From Eledone cirrhosa (taxonomy: Eukaryota), in the NCBI GenBank assembly GCA_964016885.1, contig OZ024762.1, positions 12,710,001 through 12,774,000 on the forward strand: a stretch of DNA of 64,000 nt. Reading direction: 5' to 3'. The notes under the pieces were generated by a model. The model searched no databases. It had not been told where the DNA came from and saw only the letters and a list, made by a program, of their open reading frames with translations. This document shows positions 52,263-64,000 of the stretch, piece by piece (position 1 is the first letter of the stretch; every line of letters starts with the position of its first letter). The position numbers were made by a program, and so were the translations under genes.

Positions 52263-52929
52263 ATATAACAGGGTATATAGCTATTAAGGGACTACTAGTA
52301 TATTGTATATATATATATAACAGGGTATATAGCTATTAAGGGACTACTAGTATATTGTATATATATATATATATATATAACAGGGTATATAGCTATTAAG
52401 GAACTACTAGTATATTGTATATATATATAACAGCATATATAGCTATTAAGGAACAACTAGTATTTTGTACATATATAACAAGGTATATAGCTATTAAGGG
52501 ACTACTAGTATATTTTATATATATATATATATATAACAGGGTATATAGCCATTAAAGGACTACTAGTATATTGTATATATATAAGAGGGTATATAGCCAT
52601 TAAGGGACTACTAGTATATTGTACATATATAACAGGATATACACAAATAGAAGCCTAGGAATATATAACCAAATATTCGATCTTAGAAGAGGGTCGACTT
52701 ATATACGGAGTTTGACGATTTTCACCAAATTCTATGTAAATAAGGTTAGCTCTACAAAATACTTCAGCAATGTTGGTATAGTCACTGCCTCTTCTCTCTC
52801 ACTATTACAAGTAAATGTGCACCTAGTGGACAGAATAGGGAAGGTGTTTCTCCGGAGTATGGTGAAGGAGTTCTAGCAAGTCATCACAATATTTCATCAG
52901 ATCAACATTAAAGGGAATCACCATTGTTA

Positions 52930-53150
52930 GAGCCGGTGGTTGAGGTAGCTAAAGTGCCAGAATTATCAAGCTTAGAATAGCTGTGTTGACAATTACATCT
53001 ATTTTTGCCCCATTGGCAGGACTGGGTAATGGATAAAAAGACAGTTTACATGAGGAACTTCTATTGACGAAAGAGACTTCATCATCTTGGCAGACGACTT
53101 CAAGAAATGCCACATCCAATATGGCTTCCAACGTACCAGTGAAGCCATTT
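52930..53150 (+). mobile_element. Degenerate RTE APE-endonuclease fragment
   Basis: VVEVAKV/RIIKLRI..TITSIFAPLAGLGNG*KDSLHEELL/DFIILADDF resembles the RTE YAPQ..KD.F..GDFN region; contains stops and frameshifts. Confidence 0.55.
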
Positions 53151-53850
53151 CATAGACTTCGCTGAAACTCAGGATTAAATACACGATATATATATTTTTT
53201 TTATTCGGGTAGGCCGAATGAGTGGGAGTAGAGAACCGAACGAAACTTAAGTACCTGTACATGTCACTGTTGTAACTAATACTAATTATATATATATATA
53301 TATAATATATATATATATAAGGGCATTAACTCTAACAAACATAGTGTTGCATATCTGGCGGTATGTTTATAAATAAGCATTTTCAAAGCCTTCCACTATG
53401 AATTTGAAAACTAATAGCATAGTGTCATCTAGTGAGTTCCAACAGAAGCTAAGTACAGGTATATATATATATGTATTGGCGAGGCATAAGAACAACATTC
53501 TGCTATGATCGTCTGGGTCAAAAACAAAAACCTACCTTTTTCTTTCCTTTTTACCTTAAAGCCTCTTGGAATGTGTTCACCATCCTTACGTTGGCATACA
53601 ACTATTTGCAATTTACATCTGATGATGTTACAAGGTTATTATGCAACTTGGCCACAGAAATGTGCATATTGTTTGAAGAAATAATAAATATTTAAGGAAA
53701 TTCAACGTGTCTGGCTTACTGTCATTTTACTTTATAATATATATATATATAAAGAATGAATAATAACAGGTAGACATCATAAAAAGGTAATTTATTCTGT
53801 GTGCTTACAAATGTTTCCACGGTGGTTATACAGCCTAGTTATGCTTATAC

Positions 53851-53900
<50 letters not shown>

Positions 53901-54115
53901 CATACCCTTCAGTTATTTTGTATAAGATGATTTTTCTCTCTAGCAAATTAAAGTATCATAACATATATATCCGTAAGGAAGATAACTTTTCAAACCTTAA
54001 AGTATATACTGTTTACAAAAAAATGATATGCTTTTATATATATATTTACAAAATACTGTTTCTCTATCATATAAGGCTATATATATATTTAAAATTTGAA
54101 ATATATATATGTATT

Positions 54116-54149
<34 letters not shown>

Positions 54150-54151
<2 letters not shown>

Positions 54152-54340
54152 ATTGTTTCTACTTTAGGCACAAGGCCAGCAATTACCCAGTGCATTACTG
54201 GTACTTTATTTTATCGACCCCGTAAAGATGAAAGGCAAAGTTAACCTCGGCGGAATTTGAACTCAGACTGTAAAGGGACGTAACTATGCTAGAAAGCATG
54301 GCGTCCAAACCTCTACCGATACTGCCAATGCACTGCCCTT
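54150..54340 (-). mobile_element. SINE family 2, near full length
   Basis: Reverse complement of gagttcaaattccgccgaggttaactttgcctttcatctttacggggtcgataaaataaagtaccagt..gcctaaagtagaaac. Confidence 0.8.
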
Positions 54341-54537
54341 TATAATAAGAACAAAGCAGGGATGTTACATAGATTTATTGCTTAACCTGGTTACAAATGT
54401 TTCTCAGGCAGCCAGCTCATGATCTGGGTTGGCATTCCAGACCAGACTCCAAGTCTTATTATATAGACTCTGCTCTGCATCAAGTGCGATCATTGGTACT
54501 CGCACCAGTTTTCTTTGGACTTACTGAACCGTTTGCA

Positions 54538-54600
<63 letters not shown>

Positions 54601-54690
54601 GTATGTAAAATAGTTTAGACAAGTTGATAACACAATTAATCAATTAAATAATTTAATGTAATTTAATCATATATATATATATATATATAT

Positions 54691-54847
54691 ATGGCTTAGT
54701 GGTTAGAGTGTTGAGCTTGCAATCATGAGGTTAGTTCCATTCTCAGACTGAATGTTGTGTTGTGTCCTTGAGCAAGACACTTTATTTCACGTTGCTCCAG
54801 TTCACTCAGCAGTAGAAATAAGTTGCGATGTCACAGGTGCCAAGCTA
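54691..54847 (+). mobile_element. tRNA-SINE head and core related to family 1, with a different 3' end
   Basis: tggcttagtggttagag and tgtgtccttgagcaagacactttatttcacgttgctccag. Confidence 0.75.
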
Positions 54848-54875
54848 TGTGTGTGTGTGTGTATATGTATATATA

Positions 54876-54910
<35 letters not shown>

Positions 54911-55330
54911 TACATACTGTGGTTGCCAGCATGGTTTAAAAGAAAAGAAACTAAGAAATCTTACATAAAATTATATAAACAGGTTTATATTATAAAACCA
55001 AGGGCAGTTTAAGGTGGTTTGGTATATGAAGGTTTTAAAGGTGAACATTAAAAGTAAAAAGAATGAAATATTATCAATACTTACGATTGCGATTGTCAGA
55101 TATTGGTCCTTCTCTCTTCCAAGTGGTCAATATTAAAGGTAATATATACCTGTATTGGTGTCGCTAGCTAAACGAAGCAGGTCGAGTCAATGATGTATGT
55201 ATGCCTGAAAAGCCCTTATCAGTTCTCCGTCCAGTACTTTAGTAATAGACTAGACGAGTAAGTGACAAGGAATCATGGGCAAATAGAATGTGGAGCTCTA
55301 TATACATATATATATAAATATATATATATG

Positions 55331-55361
<31 letters not shown>

Positions 55362-55689
55362 GTATATATATGTGTGTGTGTGTGTTGGTAGACTGGTAGC
55401 GTCCAGTTTTCTATCCTGGAAATAAACTAGACATTATATATACATACATCTATATATATATATCGAAAAAACAACACTATGCGTTCGGGTGGCCCCTTGT
55501 TTCATGAAAATAAAATCTTTTTAGGGGTGATTATTGGATTTTTCCAAATTTAAAGTGTTTTTTAGAAACTTTCAATGTTTATTTCGGGTTTTGCCGTCTG
55601 AAGAGTTCAGGCTACCATAACTGATAGTTCTCAGTCTAACAGAGTTTTAAATAAACCTGAATCAACTGAATATGGCCTCCGATCTGTTA

Positions 55690-59205
<3,516 letters not shown>

Positions 59206-59589
59206 TGGAGGAGATGGTGGTGGTGGTGGAGATGGTGTTGCAAGATCTGATGGTGGTGTTGATGGAGATGGTGTTGGAGGTGATGGTGGTGGAAATAGTA
59301 TTAGGAGAGAAAAAATGTTGGTGTTGGTATTAGGAGGCGGGAGAGGTGGAAGAGGAGACGTGGAAGAGTAGGGAGAGGAAGAGGGGAGAGGAGGAAGAGT
59401 AGGGAGAGGAGGAAGAGTAGGGAGAGGAGGAGAGGAGAGGCAGTGATGTCAAAGGTTAATCAGTGTAATTTAATCAGTATCTCTTTGAGACAAAAGCAAC
59501 AGTAATTAGTCTAATTTAGCTGTAATTAATAACATTGGGGGCTTGATAAGTGTCATACAGTGTGTATGTGCGTGTGTATATGGTAACAT

Positions 59590-59830
59590 GTATCCCAGTA
59601 CAACCTGTCTCATGGTTGGGTCGTTGGCAACTAAACTGGCAACCCCACCAAGGTTTCTTGGTGAGGAGGGTGACTTTAGACATCCTGTAGGACTAAAAAC
59701 AAAACCTGTCAAAGGGCAAAGGAGCTCTTAAGAGCCATCCAAATCACCGGGAGAGATGACCCCTTAGCCTTTGTCAAGGCAGAATTCTAGGAGAAGGAAA
59801 ACTCTGACATAACACCTGCAACCCTGATGG
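59590..59830 (+). mobile_element. Possible old RTE-type LINE 5' UTR remnant
   Basis: ctaggagaaggaaaactctga and aaaacctgtcaaagggc resemble, from memory, RTE 5' regions; not verified. Confidence 0.3.
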
Positions 59831-60263
59831 TATCCAATGATGTTGACTTGTTGTTCTTTTTGGTAAATATCATCTTGGTTAAGAGAGTGGGACTGGCTTT
59901 GTGCAGTGCCTTTGCTCACTATAAAAGCTTCACGGCACAGGCATTGCTTTATATCTGGAGATCTCTCTGCACTTGTCATCACATGGTACCATGGGCCCAG
60001 CACTATGTGTCAGTAATTGTCACAAGTGTAGTGTTTGTACCAGAGTTTTCAAGTCGCTGGCTGGACTAAAAAGTCACACTCGTTCAGCGCATTGGCAGGG
60101 GTTCTCCTACATGGATATGAAGTAGTGGCCGTACTCGAAAACGAGTTGGCAGCCACCATATGTATATATATAGACACATGCATGTTTTATTCACACTAGT
60201 GGGTGGTGTATATATGTTTTATATACACACACCTGCATTGATGAGGGATATGATGATGATGAT

Positions 60264-60440
60264 AATTGATTCTACTTTTGGCACAAGTCCATCAATTACC
60301 CCAGTGCATTACTGGTACTTTATTTTATTGACCCCGTAAGGATGAATAACCTCAGCGGGATTTGAACGCAGGATGTAAAGGGACGTAACTCTATGCCGCT
60401 AAGCACACTGTCCGACTCTACCGGTTCTGCCAATCAACCA
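60264..60440 (-). mobile_element. SINE family 2
   Basis: Homologous to 54150-54340. Confidence 0.75.
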
Positions 60441-60555
60441 CTCTTTTGTTTGAATGAAACAGTTCTAGTCCTGTAGAAACCATTTCTATATTAAATTTTA
60501 TGTGTGTGTATATATACATATATGTGTGCACACGTGTGTGAGTGTGTGTATGTGC

Positions 60556-60602
<47 letters not shown>

Positions 60603-60606
60603 CATA

Positions 60607-60681
60607 CAGGGTGTCCCAAAATAGGTGTACATACTTCAATCACATAGTAATAAATATGTGTATACATTTTTTGGGACACTG
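60607..60681. mobile_element. 75-bp Tc1/mariner-type MITE
   Basis: TA + cagggtgtcccaaaa ... ttttgggacactg + TA. Confidence 0.75.
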
Positions 60682-60701
60682 TATGTATGTATGTATGTAT
60701 G

Positions 60702-60739
<38 letters not shown>

Positions 60740-60936
60740 TTTGGTCTCTCTCTTATCAGTACAACTACACCCCTGCCCTCCCCACCATCAACACAATAGA
60801 CTATTGTGTTGTGGGTGGTGACAATCTGCTCCCCTCACCCCAGGGACTTTGGTTTCCACCTGGCACCACACTTCACAACAACTTAATCACACTTCATCAA
60901 CATCTCCCTTCTACCCCCCTCCCCCTCTCTATCACA

Positions 60937-60967
<31 letters not shown>

Positions 60968-61216
60968 TCACTACTATTTCCACCATGACAACTATTACTC
61001 CTCCCACCACTACTACAACCACCCTCACTACTATCTCCACCACCGCCACTACTCCCCCCATCACTACTACTATTACTACCACAACTACCATTTACTCAAC
61101 CCACTCTCTCCGCTGCTGTTTGAAATAAACCTACAGGAGCCCCTGGTGGCAACAGTGGGAACCTCAATACCAGTTTCTATGTCAAGGGATATAATTCAAA
61201 TTTGAAACTGTTCAAA

Positions 61217-61664
61217 TCTGAGCTCAAGTTCTACTGGCTTAACTTCCAGATCTGAGCTCAAGTCCTTCTACTGGCTTAACTTCCATATCTAAATCCAAGT
61301 CCTCTTGCTGGCTTAACTAACTTCCTAATCTAAGCTCGAGTCCTGCTCGCTTAACTAACTAACAAATCTGAGCTCAAGTTCTCCTCCTGGTGTATTTAAC
61401 TCTCAGATCTGAGATCAACTTCTACTGGCTTAACTAACTTCCAAAATCTGAGCTCAAGTCATCCTGTTGGCTTAACTCTCAGACCTGAGGTCAACTTCTG
61501 GTGGGTTAACTAACTTCCAAAATCTGAGCTCAAGTCATCCTGTTGGCTTAACTCTCAGACCTGAGGTCAACTTCTGCTGGGTTAACTAACTTCCAAAATC
61601 TGAGCTCAAGTCATCCTGTTGGCTTAACTCTCAGACCTGAGGTTAACTTCTGCTGGGTTAACTT
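61217..61664. repeat. ~33-40-bp minisatellite maturing into a 76-bp dimeric repeat
   Basis: tctgagctcaagt..ctggcttaact monomers; exact 76-bp period at 61447, 61523 and 61599. Confidence 0.85.
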
Positions 61665-62309
61665 CAAGATGTAAACTCCACAACCACTACCATCCTCCTT
61701 ATCATCACCACCACCATTAGTCCCACCACCATAATCACCACCATCATCATCATCACCGTGACGAACAATGCATAGCTGGCCATATCTCTCCTCTTCCATA
61801 CAACAGAGAACTTGTCCATCATAAACCAGTGGCTACGATGATGGTGGTAGTAGTAGTGGTGGTGGAAGAGACACACACATATACACATATATACATACAC
61901 ACACCTACACACATACCCCCCCCCCGGAAATGTCAGTCCTCTCACCGCCACCACAACGTGGGAAAGATGTAACTTTTGGAGAAAAGAAAAGAGAGAAAAA
62001 GATAAAAGGAAAGGTAGAGGGGGAGGGAGGGAGAGAGGATGAAAAGAGAAAGTGAAAATGAGAGAGGGAGAGAAAGAAAGAAAGGATGAGAGAGACGGAG
62101 AGAAAGGATGAGAGAGAGGGAGGGAGAGATAGAGGGAGAGAGAGAGAGAGGGAGGGCGTGGTGGTAAAACTTGAGCTGTTCTCTTTTGGTCGTTGATGTC
62201 AATGAGATGTCATCTTCGGGTTACCATAGTCCGGAAGTGGATGTAGAATATTCCCTCCCCACCTCCACACACATACATGTATGTATATGTATGTATGTAT
62301 ATATGTTTG

Positions 62310-62367
<58 letters not shown>

Positions 62368-62435
62368 ATATATATATATACACATAAATATATACATATA
62401 TATATATAAATTTCATTTTTAAATACAAAAACTAG

Positions 62436-63172
62436 AAACACCACCCTTTCCATCAAAACACCACCCTCCCACTAAAGCACCACCTTCCCACCAAAACACC
62501 ACCCTCCCACCAAAACACCACCTTCCCACCAAAACACCACCCTCCCACCAAAACACCACCCTCCCACCAAAACACCACCCTCCCACTAAAACACCACCCT
62601 TTCCATCAAAACACCACCCTCCCACTAAAACACCACCTTCCCACCAAAACACCACCCTCCCACTAAAACACCACCCTTCCCACCAAAACACCACCTTCCC
62701 ACCAAAACACCACCCTCCCACTAAAACACCACCTTTCCACCAAAACACCACCTTCCCACTAAAACACCACCTTTCCACCAAAACACCACCTTCCCACCAC
62801 CCTCCCACCAAAACACCACCTTCCCACCAAAACACCACTCTCCCACCAAAACACCACCTTCCCACCAAAACACCACCCTCCCACCAAAACACCACCCTCC
62901 CACTAAAACACCACCTTCCCACCAAAACACCACCTTCCCACCAAAACACCACCCTCCCACCAAAACACCACCTTCCCACCAAAACACCACCCTCCCACCA
63001 AAACACCACCTTCCCACCAAAACACCACCCTCCCACCAAAACACCACGCTCCCACTAAAACACCACCTTTCCACCAAAACACCACCCTCCCACCAAAACA
63101 CCACGCTCCCACTAAAACACCACCTTTCCACCAAAACACCACGCTCCCACTAAAACACCACCTTCCCACCAA
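62436..63172. repeat. 19-bp C-rich minisatellite (~38 units)
   Basis: Unit tcccaccaaaacaccacc(c/t). Confidence 0.93.
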
Positions 63173-63285
63173 AAATATGTAGTGGCCTTGGACCAATACT
63201 AGCAAATATTAAAGATATAAATCATTATTCAGAGACAAACAGAGAGAGAGAGAGAGAGAGAGACGCACACAAGCTGGAGATGAAA

Positions 63286-64000
63286 ACATCACCACCATCA
63301 CTGTTATAACTACCACCACCACTACCACCACCACCATCACTGTTATAACTACCACCACCACTACCACCACCACCATCACTGTTATAACTACCGTCACCAC
63401 CACCACCACCTACATCATCATCATCATCATCATCATAACTACCATCACCGCCGCCACCACCATTATCTTAATTACCACCACTACCACCCCACCACCCCTA
63501 CTACCACCCCACCTCTCCTACTACCACCACCATGCTCATCATCAAGACACCCCCCCCCCCCACTATCACACTACACCACCCCAACTAATTACCTCACAAA
63601 TTGACTATAATTATAGAATCCTAACCTACATTCTATAATTACAACTGAAGCGGCCATATTTATCTGGTTTGAGTGTCTTTAACTACCACCACCACTACTA
63701 CCACCACCACCACTACTACTACTACCACCACCACCACTACTACTACCACCACTACTACTACTACCACCACTACTACTACTGACACCACCACTGCTAGCAC
63801 CACCACTACTACTACCACCATCACTACTACTACTACCACCACTACTACTGACACCACCACCACCACCACTACCACCATCACTACTACTACCACTACTGAC
63901 ACCACCACCACCACTACTACCACCACCACCACCACTGCCACCACCGCTACCACCACCACCACCACCACTGCTACCACTGCTACCACCACCACCACCACTG
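63286..64000. repeat. (CAC/TAC/CAT)n trinucleotide fields
   Basis: Seen directly. Confidence 0.9.

Larger units (their letters stand above)
41580..52640 (-). repeat. 48-bp minisatellite blocks of the right arm (41580-45515, 46623-51140, 52263-52640)
   Basis: Unit taacagggtatatagc(c/t)attaagg(a/g)actactagtatattg(TA)n. Confidence 0.95.

Overview
Repeat-dense animal genomic DNA, most likely an octopus or other coleoid cephalopod. That assignment is an inference from the tRNA-derived SINEs with RTE tails and the heavy (TA/CA)n load. The only host gene I can support is the 3' part of TONSL (Tonsoku-like) on the + strand: nine phase-consistent GT-AG exons from 8316 to the stop at 30336, about 822 codons, covering the acidic linker, UBL domain and LRRs. 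The rest is mobile or repetitive DNA: the C-terminal GIY-YIG end of a Penelope-like element, several RTE LINE fragments whose RT carries an internal PHD-type finger, an apparently intact full-length Tx1/L1-clade LINE, an R4/Dong-type fragment, two SINE families, piggyBac-like and mariner-like MITEs, and many micro- and minisatellites. Four structures stand out. (1) Small palindromic, (TA)n-embedded elements carrying type I hammerhead ribozyme motifs, one of them with a hammerhead on each strand. (2) A ~20 kb foldback-like inverted structure (32.7-52.8 kb) built from a 48-bp satellite and a ~1.1 kb module around a pure (GAGT)n(CTGT)n core. (3) Two intronic satellites traceable to transposon ends present in this same window. 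(4) A tandemly duplicated TONSL splice donor. Most ORFs in the supplied track are microsatellite artefacts. No database search was run; family names come from motif recognition.
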